The notes beneath the pieces were generated by a model. That model did no database searches, was not told the DNA's origin, and saw only the letters and a list, made by a program, of their open reading frames with translations. A DNA stretch of 64,000 nt. Origin: Chloroflexota bacterium. GTDB taxonomy: Bacteria; Chloroflexota; UBA11872; VXNJ01. The translations under genes and the position numbers were made by a program. Location of the stretch: contig OZ253449.1 in assembly GCA_965261345.1 (NCBI GenBank), forward strand, positions 1,792,001 through 1,856,000, written 5' to 3'. Positions 38,627-49,085 of the stretch are shown one piece after another (position 1 is the first letter of the stretch; every line of letters begins with the position of its first letter).

Positions 38627-40411
38627 ATGGCGACCCGGACCGTAAGCGATCAAGGCGTTCCCTTGCCGGATCCTCCGGTTGATCCGGGAGGGGAAGTCGA
38701 AAGCGGCCCTGGCGCGGCCCCGCCCGACCCACAGTTGGCGTCGGCTATTGAGATCGTCGAATTCGGCCCGCGCCTCCGGGTCGGGCGCTTTGCCAGGATC
38801 GGTTCGGATTACATCCTTGTAAACCTGGTCGAGACAGTTGCCAGTGACGGCCCGCCGTCAAATGACCCGGCTGCATCCTGGTCGGAAATTCAATCGCGCC
38901 TGGTTGGCGAAAACGATCTTTATCGAGATCATCCGGCTACGCCACTGGCGTTGACCGGCACCCGGTTGGCGCCTCCGCGACCGGCGATATTTATTGGCGA
39001 CGTGCCGCCGATCGAGCGGACCCAGCTGGTGGGCGCAATGCGTGGTCAGGGATTCATCACCCGGACCCAGATCAGGATGCCGGCCAAGGATTTTGTGGAA
39101 AGGTCCGATCCCAATTCGGTGGCCGAAAAAATCCGGGCCGCCAAGGCCGAACTTATTGTTCTGGCATTTATTGGCCCTCGATCCGGCGCCGCGCTCACCC
39201 TGGGGGCCCAGATTGTTCGGCATCTGGTGGCCACCGGCACCGGCGGTGGCCAGGTGCTGGCACTGCTTGGCTCCGAATCGAGCGCAGCAACTCAATCGGC
39301 ACTGGCCGAACGCGGCGATTGCGTCCGGCTAAACCCAAATGCCGGACGACCGGAAGGGGCCAAAGCCCTGCACGAAGCCCTGGCGGCGGCTTATGCGCGC
39401 CTGCTCAGCCCAACTCGGCCGGCCCTGGTGCCGGATGCTTTGAGCGGCTGCCCGGCGGTTCCGGTTACCGTGGCCCTCCGCCGTTCAGCCTGGCGATTGG
39501 CCAGCGCGATGGGCCTGCGGGTGTCGATTGCCCATGTTGAGCCGACCGGAATCATCCTGGCCTGGGCTTCGCCCGACTCGACCCGCATCGCCAGTTTTGG
39601 CTACGTTGCCGACGGTGGGGACGGCATGCCCTTTGGCCTTGCCCTGGATCCGGCCGAAATTGCCCGCTGGCTCCCGACCCCGCTTTCGGAGGAGTCGGTT
39701 ACGTCCAGCCTGCTGGCCTGCGGCCTGCGGCCGTGGGCGATCGTGGTTAATCGACAGGATCGATTGATCGCCGATGCAGCCGTCGCGGCCGGGCTGGGTC
39801 GGGCTTGCCGGCAGCTTGGCCTGGAACGGTTCGAATGCGATTTGGCAATTGCCAGCGGGGGCGCACTCGGCTCCGATTGTTCGCCCGCCGCCGCCGCCGC
39901 CGCGCTGTTGAACGGGTTGCAACCAGCGCACTTTTGCCAATTGGCCCAAGATTCGGCCAGCACCCTGGCGATGCTCGGTGCAATCGACCTTGCCGGGGAA
40001 CCGGTCGACCATTCGATGGGACTGATTCCGTTGGGGTTGAGCGTGGCCGTCAGTGGGCGCGCTCGCGACGGGGAACCGGGACTGAGGATACTAATCGACC
40101 GGCCCGACGGCCGACGTCTGGACCGGGTGGTCCCGTTCGGGTCCATTGAGCGAATGGCTACCGCCACGACCGACCCGTTGACCGTACGCGCCATTCCAGC
40201 CCCAGGCCTAGATCTGGGACGCGGGTCGGGTCAGGCCGTCCAATTGGAAACCGCGATTGCGCCGTCGACGGCCGGCATACTAGTCGACGTCCGCGGGCGC
40301 CCGCTGGAGCCGGCATTAGATTCCAGCGCTCAGGCCGACCAGGTACTGCAATGGCTGCAGGGATTAGACACCTTTCATCCTCCGGAAACGCCGTCGGGGG
40401 CATCGCAATGA
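38627..40411 (+). CDS. Glutamate mutase L (GlmL/MutL)-like protein, degenerate
   Basis: Overall order of elements matches GlmL-like proteins: R……Y.L N-terminal strands, I.RWLP, DL.IASGG.L, AALLNGLQP…LA.D, MLG, LG..V, VPFGSI and P..GLDLG.G.G…GILVD.RGRPL. Confidence 0.65.
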   Translation: MATRTVSDQGVPLPDPPVDPGGEVESGPGAAPPDPQLASAIEIVEFGPRLRVGRFARIGSDYILVNLVETVASDGPPSNDPAASWSEIQSRLVGENDLYRDHPATPLALTGTRLAPPRPAIFIGDVPPIERTQLVGAMRGQGFITRTQIRMPAKDFVERSDPNSVAEKIRAAKAELIVLAFIGPRSGAALTLGAQIVRHLVATGTGGGQVLALLGSESSAATQSALAERGDCVRLNPNAGRPEGAKALHEALAAAYARLLSPTRPALVPDALSGCPAVPVTVALRRSAWRLASAMGLRVSIAHVEPTGIILAWASPDSTRIASFGYVADGGDGMPFGLALDPAEIARWLPTPLSEESVTSSLLACGLRPWAIVVNRQDRLIADAAVAAGLGRACRQLGLERFECDLAIASGGALGSDCSPAAAAAALLNGLQPAHFCQLAQDSASTLAMLGAIDLAGEPVDHSMGLIPLGLSVAVSGRARDGEPGLRILIDRPDGRRLDRVVPFGSIERMATATTDPLTVRAIPAPGLDLGRGSGQAVQLETAIAPSTAGILVDVRGRPLEPALDSSAQADQVLQWLQGLDTFHPPETPSGASQ

Positions 40412-41421
40412 AAGTGGCCGGCCTGCTCGGCGATCTTCGCCAACGGCATACCTTTCCGATTGATGGTCGGGCAATTTGCCAATCGGGCGAGGATGTTGGG
40501 GTAGGCCGCGAAATCGCCGAATATTTCGTCCCTGGCCCCGCGCGTGCTGTCCAGCTGTCCGGGTTGCCTAACGCCTCGGTCGGGGACACGATCGCCGCCG
40601 GAACCGAGATTGCCAACGAGGGCAGTTGGCTGCGTGGGAGGCCAATCCTCCTCGACTACGACGCTAGGGTTGTTGCTTTAAATGAGGAAGCCGGCCAGGT
40701 TTTCTTGGCAGGCGAATCGGGCAGACGGGCCGTGCGCGCAAATCTCACCGGGACGGTACTGCAACACACGCGTCCGGGACAGATCACCCTCAGTGCTCCA
40801 GGGTTTTCACTGTGGTGCCCGCTGGCGTTTGGGGGCGAGGCTTTCGGAACCTTGGCGCTGGCCCCCGATTTGGGCGCCGCCTTGGCCGGCGACTACCCGG
40901 GGCCGGCGATTGCCGCAATTGCCGACGGATCCGCGCTGGAATCTATAGAGCAGGTTTGGCCGGCCAACTTGAATGGCCTGATCGCCCCCTCCTTGCCGGT
41001 AGGCGGCGTATTGGCCCATCGGGCCGGACTCGATTCAAACGAATCGCTGTTTGCGCATTTAGCCGAACCGACGCTGGGATTTAGCGAGGGCCTCGGCACC
41101 GCCACCTGGCCTGATGCGCTCGCGGCGATCCTGCGTGCGCTTGCCGGCAATCCAGCCTGCCTTTTGCCAGCCAACCCCGGCGGATACGGACAGCTGCTGG
41201 TCAGTGGGCCAATACCCGAGCTGGAGTTCGACGATCAGTTGATCCGCGGCCTCGCATCGTCCGGATTCATCTATGGAACATTCGCCCGGTCTCCGGGGAC
41301 GCTGCACCTGCGCCCGCCCGGCGGTCCACTGATCCCGGCGGCGGCGATAGCCTGCGGGGACACGGAATTGAAGATCGCACCCTTAAACGGCGAACGAATC
41401 GTGGTCCGCGCTCGCCAATAA
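40408..41421 (+). CDS. Hypothetical protein, translationally coupled partner of the GlmL-like gene (barrel-sandwich-hybrid-like N-terminus)
   Basis: ATGA overlap with the upstream gene. G..V..G..IA repeats, V.A…G.V, G.GGE.FG.L and EG.G pattern. Confidence 0.65.
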   Translation: MKVAGLLGDLRQRHTFPIDGRAICQSGEDVGVGREIAEYFVPGPARAVQLSGLPNASVGDTIAAGTEIANEGSWLRGRPILLDYDARVVALNEEAGQVFLAGESGRRAVRANLTGTVLQHTRPGQITLSAPGFSLWCPLAFGGEAFGTLALAPDLGAALAGDYPGPAIAAIADGSALESIEQVWPANLNGLIAPSLPVGGVLAHRAGLDSNESLFAHLAEPTLGFSEGLGTATWPDALAAILRALAGNPACLLPANPGGYGQLLVSGPIPELEFDDQLIRGLASSGFIYGTFARSPGTLHLRPPGGPLIPAAAIACGDTELKIAPLNGERIVVRARQ

Positions 41422-41435
41422 CCTCGGGCGGTCGC

Positions 41436-43100
41436 CTAAGGCTCGCCGCGCCGCATACGATCCGGGGCGGCTATCCCCATCAGGTCTAGGGCCCGCGCCA
41501 GGACGGTCGCAACCGCCTCGGCCAGGGCGAGGCGGGCCTGCGACAGCTGGTGATCAGAAGAGATCACCCGGTGGCGGTGGTACATCGAATTGAAATCGTT
41601 GGCTAGCCTCAAGGCGTAATGCGGAATCCGGTGTGGTTCCAGGTTTGTGGCGGCCAGGGCGACCAACTCGGGAAATTCCAGCATCCGCTTGATGATGTTG
41701 ATTTCGGCCAATTCGATTAGTCGGTGGGACTCGCGGCAATCGGGCGCCAGCCCCTGATCGCCCGCCCGCCGCAGGATGCTGGCGATTCGGGCGTGCGCAT
41801 AGCGAACCTTGTGCACAGGGTTCTCATCGCCCTGCCGCCGCGCCAGATCGGTGTCGAAATCCATCTGGCTGTCAGCGTCGCGCGAAATCATGAAATAGCG
41901 AACGCTGTCGGCGCCGACGTCGTCAATTAATTGTGAGAGCAGTTCAAATTCCCCGGCGCGTTTGCTTTGCTTGACGCGCTGGCCGTCTACGAGGAGGTGA
42001 ACGATCTGACAGAGCACGAATTTGAGGCGTTCAGGATCGATGCCAAGGGCGGCCATGGCCGCCCGCATTCGGGCAGTGTGTCCGTGGTGATCGGCCCCCA
42101 TCACATCAATTGCCACATCGAACCGCCGGGATTCCAACTTTTCGCGATGGTAGGCGATGTCGGCCGCCAGATAGGTGGGCTCGCCGGTCCGCTTTATGAG
42201 GACGTTGGCCTGGTCGCCGCTCTCACCGTGAGAAAACCAAACTGCCTGTTCGCGATTGACGACGTGGCCGCGCTCGGCTAGGGTCGCGATCGTGGTGGTT
42301 ATCGAGCCCTGATCGTGTATTCGACTCTCTGAAAACCAGTTGTCGAAGCTGATTCCCAACCGTTCCAGTGGGTCGCGGATTTCCACCAGCGCCCGACTGA
42401 TGCCCCAGGCGGTAAGAAACTCGACCTGGCGGTCGGCCTCGAGTTCAAGTAATTCGGGCTTCTCGGCGTACAGCTCGCCGGCCCAGTCGGCCACGTAATC
42501 GCCGCGGTAACCGGCCGACGGCTCGGACGATTCCTTGCCGGCCAATAGGCGGATGCGGTGTTGCAGGGACAACCCTAACAACCGGACCTGGTTGCCGGCG
42601 TCATTGATGTAGTACTCCCGCGTGACCCTGGCGCCGGCGGTTTCCAGCAACCGGGCTAACACGTCCCCCAACACCGCCGAGCGGCCGTGCCCAACCGTCA
42701 ATGGGCCGGTGGGGTTTACGCTCACGTATTCAATCAGGATGCTCTTGCCGGCACAGGTGTCCGAATCGCCAAATTTCTTGCCGCAAGCGTGGATCTCGCC
42801 CAATTGCCCGGCCAGCCAACTCGGATCCAACACGAAATTGATAAAGCCCGGCCCGGCCGCCTGGGCCGATTCGAGCATCGCGTGCTCGGGCAAGGCAGCT
42901 ATGATCAGTTCGGCGATTGCGAGCGGCGGAGATCCGATCGCGCTGGCCAGCCGCAGGGCAAGGGTGGAGGAGTAATCGGCACCCTCAACGCGCGATTTTT
43001 CCACCGCCAGTGATCCCAGATCCAGCTCCGGCAATTGCCCTGTGGCGCAAAGCGACTCCAACGCGCCTCTTAGCAGGGCCTCGATCTTGCTGCGGTTCAT
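41436..43100 (-). CDS. argS: Arginine-tRNA ligase
   Basis: AGPGFINF, EYVSVNPTGPLTVGHGR, EYYINDAGNQ, TYLAADIAYH, GADHHG, SKRAG, ENPV…YAHARI.SI and DALR domain. Confidence 0.96.
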   Translation of the reverse strand: MNRSKIEALLRGALESLCATGQLPELDLGSLAVEKSRVEGADYSSTLALRLASAIGSPPLAIAELIIAALPEHAMLESAQAAGPGFINFVLDPSWLAGQLGEIHACGKKFGDSDTCAGKSILIEYVSVNPTGPLTVGHGRSAVLGDVLARLLETAGARVTREYYINDAGNQVRLLGLSLQHRIRLLAGKESSEPSAGYRGDYVADWAGELYAEKPELLELEADRQVEFLTAWGISRALVEIRDPLERLGISFDNWFSESRIHDQGSITTTIATLAERGHVVNREQAVWFSHGESGDQANVLIKRTGEPTYLAADIAYHREKLESRRFDVAIDVMGADHHGHTARMRAAMAALGIDPERLKFVLCQIVHLLVDGQRVKQSKRAGEFELLSQLIDDVGADSVRYFMISRDADSQMDFDTDLARRQGDENPVHKVRYAHARIASILRRAGDQGLAPDCRESHRLIELAEINIIKRMLEFPELVALAATNLEPHRIPHYALRLANDFNSMYHRHRVISSDHQLSQARLALAEAVATVLARALDLMGIAAPDRMRRGEP

Positions 43101-43283
43101 CGACTCTGACGTTGCGAAATTGTTAGGAGTTGGCCACAACCGGCGGTCATTTGGTCGCTACAACCCGCGGTTGCCGGAAAAGGATTATCACGGCTAGACC
43201 GGGTCGGGTGGCCGGCCTCGCGATCGAGTCGGTTCGGTCGGAGTGGGACAACGACCGATTGACCGGACCTTGAGGGGCCGACA

Positions 43284-44603
43284 CTATTCGTAGCGAAGAG
43301 CTTCGATTGGGTTGAGGCGGGCCGCCCGGTTTGCGGGATAGAGGCCGAATATCAATCCGATCCCTGAGGCGACCGCCAACGCCAGCACAACCGACTGCAG
43401 TGTAACTAAGGTCGGGATTGGGTCGCCGTTATCGATTGGTATCTGGCTGACACCAAAGGCAATCAGCCAGCCGAAGCCGACTCCGATTGCTCCCCCCAAG
43501 ACACTTAGGAATATGCTTTCGATCAGGAACTGGGCAATCAGATCGCGGTAGCGGGCGCCAAGCGCCTTGCGGATTCCGATCTCGCGGGTGCGCTCGGTAA
43601 CCGTCACCAGCATTATGTTCATTATTCCGATGCCTCCCACGAGCAGCGATATGCCTCCCACGCTGCCCAGGAAAATGCTGGCGACCAGGGTGATCTGGGC
43701 AAAGATTTCCAGCAGCTGGTTCTGCGATAAGAATTGAAAATCATCTTCCTCGACTCGGTGGCGAGCCCGCAATACCGCGCCAACTTCGGCGGTTACCTGG
43801 TCTGAAGTTTGCTCGGTCTCGTCGGCCAGCGCCAAGGTGATTTGATCGACTCTCACCTCGCCGTTGGCGGTGTGGCGGGATCCGATGCGGTAGTGCATGG
43901 TGGTCAGAGGGATGTAGGCGTTGCCGTCACCGCCGCCGAAACTCTGGCCCATTTCGGAAGCCAGCCCGATAACGCTGAAAACTTGGTTGTCGACCCTTAC
44001 GTCGCGTCCGAGGAGCGCCCCCGCAGAGGTGGACCGGTTTGCCTCCGCGTCGGACGCCGACATTCCCGGCACCAGCGTGGCGCAGGATCCTTCAATCCCG
44101 GCCAGCTGATTAACGATCTGTGATCCCAGCACGATGACCGGTGCCGCCAAGTCGAACTCCCGCTGGTCGAACACGCGCCCGGCGTCCAACTCCAGACCTG
44201 TGATCGCGAACTGCTCGGGATCTACCCCGGCGAGCGAAATCTGTCGGCCGCAATCCCCAAGCTTGATGACCGCGCCGTCGCCAGAATCTACCGCTACCGC
44301 ATCAAGCTTGGGGATCTGGGCCGCGCGCAGCGCTCGCGCATCCTCCAACGTGAGGGCTCCACTGGCTCCCGGCCGAAAAACCGATCCGCGTGCGGAAGAT
44401 GATCCGCCGGGAAACACAAACACCAGATTTGCACCGGCGCCGCGAATTTCCGAAACGATCAGCTCGTTAAAACCCGAAGCCAGCGACAGCAGGGCGATCA
44501 CCGAAGCGACCCCGATCACGATGCCCAGGGTGGTAAGCAGCGTGCGCAGGGTATTGGTGGCCAGCGAGCGCAGCGCCTGCGCGATGGCGTCAGCTATTCG
44601 CAT
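43284..44603 (-). CDS. MacB/FtsX-like ABC transporter permease
   Basis: [49 protein letters not shown] and PIEALRYE. Confidence 0.95.
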   Translation of the reverse strand: MRIADAIAQALRSLATNTLRTLLTTLGIVIGVASVIALLSLASGFNELIVSEIRGAGANLVFVFPGGSSSARGSVFRPGASGALTLEDARALRAAQIPKLDAVAVDSGDGAVIKLGDCGRQISLAGVDPEQFAITGLELDAGRVFDQREFDLAAPVIVLGSQIVNQLAGIEGSCATLVPGMSASDAEANRSTSAGALLGRDVRVDNQVFSVIGLASEMGQSFGGGDGNAYIPLTTMHYRIGSRHTANGEVRVDQITLALADETEQTSDQVTAEVGAVLRARHRVEEDDFQFLSQNQLLEIFAQITLVASIFLGSVGGISLLVGGIGIMNIMLVTVTERTREIGIRKALGARYRDLIAQFLIESIFLSVLGGAIGVGFGWLIAFGVSQIPIDNGDPIPTLVTLQSVVLALAVASGIGLIFGLYPANRAARLNPIEALRYE

Positions 44604-45363
44604 TGGTACCAACTGACAAGGAGGTGGCCGGAATCTGCCGCCGGTCGCTGGCAATCTGCCCGTCAAGCAAGGTAATTACCCGGCGACACGTCGCCGCGAT
44701 TTCGAGTTCGTGAGTAACCAGAATCGTGGTAATGCGTTGTTCGCGGTTGAGCCTGACGATCAGATCCATGATCTCCCTTGAAGTCTGTGAATCCAGGTTG
44801 CCGGTCGGCTCATCGGCCAGGATGATTTCCGGATTCGTAACCAGCGCACGGGCGATTGCGACCCGTTGTTGCTGCCCGCCGGAGAGCCGGTTGGGGGTGT
44901 GGTCGATGCGATCGGAAAGCCCAACAAGGTCGAGCGCCGCGCGCGCCAGGCGTGAGCGCTGGCGGGCCCGCCGATAAATGAGCGGTAACTTGACTTGGTC
45001 GATTGCCGCCAACCGCGGAAGGAGGTTGTAGGCCTGGAAGACAAATCCGATCTTGGCATTGCGCACTTGCGCCAATTGCCCGTCGCTTAGGTTGGCAACG
45101 TACTGTCCGTCGAGCCAGTAATCGCCTTCGGTAGGGACGTCCAAGCACCCCAGGATGTTCATAAGGGTCGATTTTCCCGACCCCGATTGCCCCATGACCG
45201 CCACCAATTCGCCCCGCCCGATCCGGGCGCTTACTCCTCGCAGGGCAAATATTTCATTCGTTCCGGCTCGGTATACCTTGCTTAGACCGGCTATCTCAAT
45301 TACCGTCGAATCCTCGCCAGTGGCCTCCGGGGGTTGGCCGGGCGCACCCGGATCGCCAAGCAC
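44590..45363 (-). CDS. MacB/LolD-like ABC transporter ATP-binding protein
   Basis: [33 protein letters not shown] and VTHE. Confidence 0.95.
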   Translation of the reverse strand: MLGDPGAPGQPPEATGEDSTVIEIAGLSKVYRAGTNEIFALRGVSARIGRGELVAVMGQSGSGKSTLMNILGCLDVPTEGDYWLDGQYVANLSDGQLAQVRNAKIGFVFQAYNLLPRLAAIDQVKLPLIYRRARQRSRLARAALDLVGLSDRIDHTPNRLSGGQQQRVAIARALVTNPEIILADEPTGNLDSQTSREIMDLIVRLNREQRITTILVTHELEIAATCRRVITLLDGQIASDRRQIPATSLSVGTNANS

Positions 45364-45365
45364 CG

Positions 45366-47186
45366 CTAGCTTCCTCCCCGGCCTCCGCCTTGATCACCGT
45401 CCGGCGGCCCACCGCCGAATAGATCGACCTCCTCGAACCCGGCGAGTTGAGTGCGCAGCATCTGCCCTTCGCTAAGATCGGACACGATTTCGACTTCGGA
45501 ATCATTGCGGGCGCCGGTGACTACATCACGCTCGAAGACCTCGTCGGGCAGGTCGCCTGCGACCAGAACGTAGCTGCGGCCACCTTCTTCGATCAGTGCG
45601 GCCAGCGGGATCAGCAGCACGTCGGGGTGTGATTCGATCAGAATTTTCAGGGCCACCGTCATTCCCGGCAAAAGGCTCGTCGGGTCGGATTCAAAGTCGA
45701 CCGTCAGTTCGTAGGTGACTAGGCCGAAGTCGCTCGTGGCCTCCGGGTTTATCGCGGCGATGGACCCCGCAAACGTTTCGCGGGCGCCAAATATGTCCGG
45801 TTCAATTTCAACCCTTTGACCGATTTCGATCTTGCCGATGTCAATTTCCGAAACCTGAGTTGCGATCTGCGGTCGCGCGCTCGATTGCATTGTTACGAAA
45901 TTGCTGGGCGGGGATGCACCCAGCGTTCCCGCCACCGACGTGATAACGCCAGCGTAGGGAGCGCGCAGCTCGGTATTGGAAATTGCCTCGCGTGCCGCCT
46001 CGACCCGGCGTCGGGCACTAACAATCACCAATTCAGATTTGCGGATCGCCCCGGCGTCGGGTGGGCTCTGGAGCCGCCGCAATTCAACCTGACGCCGGAC
46101 GATCGTGTTTTCGGCATCGGTTATTTCGTGAACTTCGGGCCCGGCCTGGTATTCCTCGAGCGCGAGCTGGGCGGCCGAAATCTCCAGCAGGGCAGCCTGG
46201 TAATCAATTTGCAGAACCGAGGTCTCATCCGAATCACCTTCAGTTACCTCGATCAGATTGAGCCGCGCGGTTTCGTAATCCTGCTGGGCAGCGGCCAGGC
46301 TGGCCGCACGCTGGCGTCTTTCGCTCTCACTAATGGGCGCCTCCAGTTCCGCTAGGCGTTCGCGCGCCTCAATTACCACCAGCGCCTGTAGATCGATGTC
46401 GGTTTGGGTGGTGCGGGATGAGTCCTCGAATTCGGCCAGCGTTTCTGCGGCCTGTTTGAGGGTCAGGCGAGCCGTTTCTAGCACCAGCTCGCTCGGTCCG
46501 TCCAGGAAATCCTGATAGGACTGGCGTTCCCGTAACCAATTGGATTCGGCGCGCTGGAATGTCGCGGTGGCCGCGGTTATCTGGCCGGCGGTGGGACCGC
46601 CCTCCTGTTCGGCCAGATTTTGCTGGGCAAGTTGGAGCCCCCGCTGGCTGGATAGCAATTGCTGGCGCAGCGCGATTTCGCGTTGCGGGTCGCCAAAGTC
46701 CTGGAGCCGGGCAAGCGCATTTTCGGCCTCCAGCAAAGCCAGTCGGGCCAGCAGCAGATCGTCCGGGTCGGCCGGTTCCAGCAGCGCCAGGTGGTCCAGG
46801 CTGGCCACCTCAAGCGACTGCTCGGCCTCTTTGAGGGATTCGAGCAGATCGGCCGCGTCCAGCCTTGCCAGTAATTTACCGTCTGCGACCCGGTCGCCAG
46901 GGGCCACCAGAATTTCGGCCAAAACTCCCTGGGATTCAAACTGCAGGGCGTCGGATCGATGGGCCTTGACGTTGCCGACTGCACCGACCGAAATTACCAG
47001 GTCGCCGCGAATTACCTCAATTGACCGTCCATATTCCGGCCGGGAACCAGTATCGTCTCGGCCCGGACCGAATCCGAGCAGCTGGACCGCCGCAATCGCG
47101 CCGGCAATTAGGACGAATCCACCCAGCAGAAGCCAACGCCAGCGGCGCCAGAAAGGTGTAGCAGTTTCGGTTCTCAACGGAGGCAT
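45366..47186 (-). CDS. Efflux periplasmic adaptor (HlyD/MacA/YknX-like) with a long coiled coil
   Basis: N-terminal TM anchor, lipoyl halves (V..GDRV..G..LA.LD and LRAPYAGVI), EIDIGKI..GQ and PGMT, with an extended helical hairpin. Confidence 0.9.
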   Translation of the reverse strand: MPPLRTETATPFWRRWRWLLLGGFVLIAGAIAAVQLLGFGPGRDDTGSRPEYGRSIEVIRGDLVISVGAVGNVKAHRSDALQFESQGVLAEILVAPGDRVADGKLLARLDAADLLESLKEAEQSLEVASLDHLALLEPADPDDLLLARLALLEAENALARLQDFGDPQREIALRQQLLSSQRGLQLAQQNLAEQEGGPTAGQITAATATFQRAESNWLRERQSYQDFLDGPSELVLETARLTLKQAAETLAEFEDSSRTTQTDIDLQALVVIEARERLAELEAPISESERRQRAASLAAAQQDYETARLNLIEVTEGDSDETSVLQIDYQAALLEISAAQLALEEYQAGPEVHEITDAENTIVRRQVELRRLQSPPDAGAIRKSELVIVSARRRVEAAREAISNTELRAPYAGVITSVAGTLGASPPSNFVTMQSSARPQIATQVSEIDIGKIEIGQRVEIEPDIFGARETFAGSIAAINPEATSDFGLVTYELTVDFESDPTSLLPGMTVALKILIESHPDVLLIPLAALIEEGGRSYVLVAGDLPDEVFERDVVTGARNDSEVEIVSDLSEGQMLRTQLAGFEEVDLFGGGPPDGDQGGGRGGS

Positions 47187-47281
47187 TCCACTCAGTTGGC
47201 GAATGGGTTCCGGGCCGAGTGGTTCGGTACCCGGCTGCCGGCGGCGCGACTGTGGGCGCCTTGCCGATCGAGGCTAGTACA

Positions 47282-48163
47282 TCAAACCGTAATTACCGGC
47301 AGGATCTGCAATACCTCGTTTAGCGATCCCGACCGGAATCCCTGAAGATCAAGCGCCACGTAGCGGTATCCGGCCGCCTTGAGCCCTTTCAGAACGCGCT
47401 CGCGGCGACCTTGCTCAAAGAGCAGTTGCAACTCGTCGCTGCGAAGTTCCAGGCGGGCGACATCGCCATGATGGCGAACCCGAAACTCATCGAACCCTTC
47501 GGCCCGCACTATCTGTTCGGCCAGTTCAATCTGTGCCAATTTGGCGGCGGTTATGTGTTCGCCGTAGGCTACCCGGGAGGAAAGGCAGGGGGCCGCGGGT
47601 TTGTCCCAGCTCGGCAATTCGAGCGCCAGCGAAAGCGCCCGAACCTCAGATTTTGATATCCCCGCCTCCGCCAGCGGGGCGGCGGCGCCGGCGACCTTGG
47701 CGGCGTTCATTCCAGGCCGATGGTCGCCCAAATCGTCGGTCACCGGACCATATACAACGCTTTGGAACTGCGGGTTGGCAGATCGAAACTCGTCCAGGTT
47801 GATGAAGAGTTCCTGCTTGCAGAAATAACAGCGGTTGGAATCATTTACCTGATATTCGGCGTTGTCAACCTCGGTGGTGTGGACGAACTCATGGCGAATC
47901 CCGATGTGGTCGGCAAAACGCTCGGCGTCGACGCGGTCGTTGGCCGAATAGCTCGGCGAGATAGCGGTGACTGCGACCGCGGACTGCCCCAATTCGTCAT
48001 GGGCCACCTTGGCGAGCAGGGTCGAATCGACCCCGCCCGAGTAAGCCACGATTACCGATTCCAGATCGCGCAACCGCGAGCGCAGATTCGAATACTTGCG
48101 AGCCAGGTTGGGGGCTAGGGCCAAGGTCTCCAAGCTGCCGTTGGTTGCTCCCCGGTCTTCCAC
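47282..48163 (-). CDS. larE: ATP-dependent sulfur transferase LarE
   Basis: PP-loop AYSGGVDS, RCYFCK, DD..DHRPG..A, WDKPAAPCLSSR, RVRHHG and GFRSGSLN. Confidence 0.93.
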   Translation of the reverse strand: MEDRGATNGSLETLALAPNLARKYSNLRSRLRDLESVIVAYSGGVDSTLLAKVAHDELGQSAVAVTAISPSYSANDRVDAERFADHIGIRHEFVHTTEVDNAEYQVNDSNRCYFCKQELFINLDEFRSANPQFQSVVYGPVTDDLGDHRPGMNAAKVAGAAAPLAEAGISKSEVRALSLALELPSWDKPAAPCLSSRVAYGEHITAAKLAQIELAEQIVRAEGFDEFRVRHHGDVARLELRSDELQLLFEQGRRERVLKGLKAAGYRYVALDLQGFRSGSLNEVLQILPVITV

Positions 48164-48375
48164 GTGGCCGCATTCCTTACATTAGTAATCAATCAAACGC
48201 AGCGCGGACGCACCTGCATCGCTCGCCGGCCGCAATCAGTTCCATAGTCTAATTCTTTGCGTCGGTCGGAATCGACGCTCCGGCGCGATTTTTCCCGATG
48301 TGGGAACCGGCGGGTTGGCCGGATCGCGCCGGCCGCGAGCGTATCGGAGATTTGTGGTTGCAGCAAATCATGAGT

Positions 48376-48795
48376 TCAGCGACCGACCACCAACTCGCCC
48401 GGCACCGCCCGCCCATTGCCGAGCAGATGGAATGTTGCCACCGGCTCGAGCGGGTTGGCTAGTGAGACGATCAGCATGCGGCTGGTGCCGATTCGGGCCT
48501 TACCGATATCGGTCCGCGACGGTGTCGGGGGCGAGGCGGGATGCGAGTGGAAATAGGCGACCTCTTCCAGCCCGGCCGCCTCAGCCTGATCGATTGCCGC
48601 CAACAGTCCGCGTGGATCCATCTCGTAGTAGGTTGGACTGGGGTGCACGTTTTGCACCGGAATTGCCATCGTCGCTGTCTGGCCGCCGGCGGTCAGGCGG
48701 CCGGCCAACACCCCGCAGGCCTCGTCGGGCGCCTTTTGGCGGCAGTGCGCAACGACCGCCAGCCAGGCCTCCCGGGTCAGTGAGAGCTTTTCCAT
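48376..48795 (-). CDS. JAB/MPN+ (M67) metallopeptidase, Mec-like
   Basis: P.EACG.L.G and HSHP..P..PS.TD JAMM motif. ATG at 48795. Confidence 0.9.
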   Translation of the reverse strand: MEKLSLTREAWLAVVAHCRQKAPDEACGVLAGRLTAGGQTATMAIPVQNVHPSPTYYEMDPRGLLAAIDQAEAAGLEEVAYFHSHPASPPTPSRTDIGKARIGTSRMLIVSLANPLEPVATFHLLGNGRAVPGELVVGR

Positions 48796-49085
48796 GCGAG
48801 GTCCGCCTTCCGTCGCGAGATTTTGAGACAAGAATTCAACCGCCGATACCAGGCACAATGAGCGGTCACGCCGCCGGTCGTTTCTAGGGGTGACCGCCCG
48901 CTTGGCCCGCCACCTGGCAATCTGGGCCGGTGCGTTGATTTTGCTAAACTCTCTCCAGCTTCAGATCAGTTGCATTCCGCATGCTGACTGGGCACCTCGA
49001 CCGCGTGCCGGGCAATGGTGCGCCGGATCGAATTTTCCGTATCCCCACTTTTTAGATTCTGCCTAATGTCGCAGAGGGAGCCTAT

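Noticed and set aside
43101-43283. T-box leader upstream of argS (also checked for aspS and glyQS)
   Set aside because: No T-box consensus (GGTGGNACCGCG) or terminator/antiterminator was seen.
48910-49015. CIRCE-like half sites (CTGGCAATC…TTGCTAA and GGCAC…GTGCC) upstream of groEL
   Set aside because: Spacing and sequence do not fit TTAGCACTC-N9-GAGTGCTAA.
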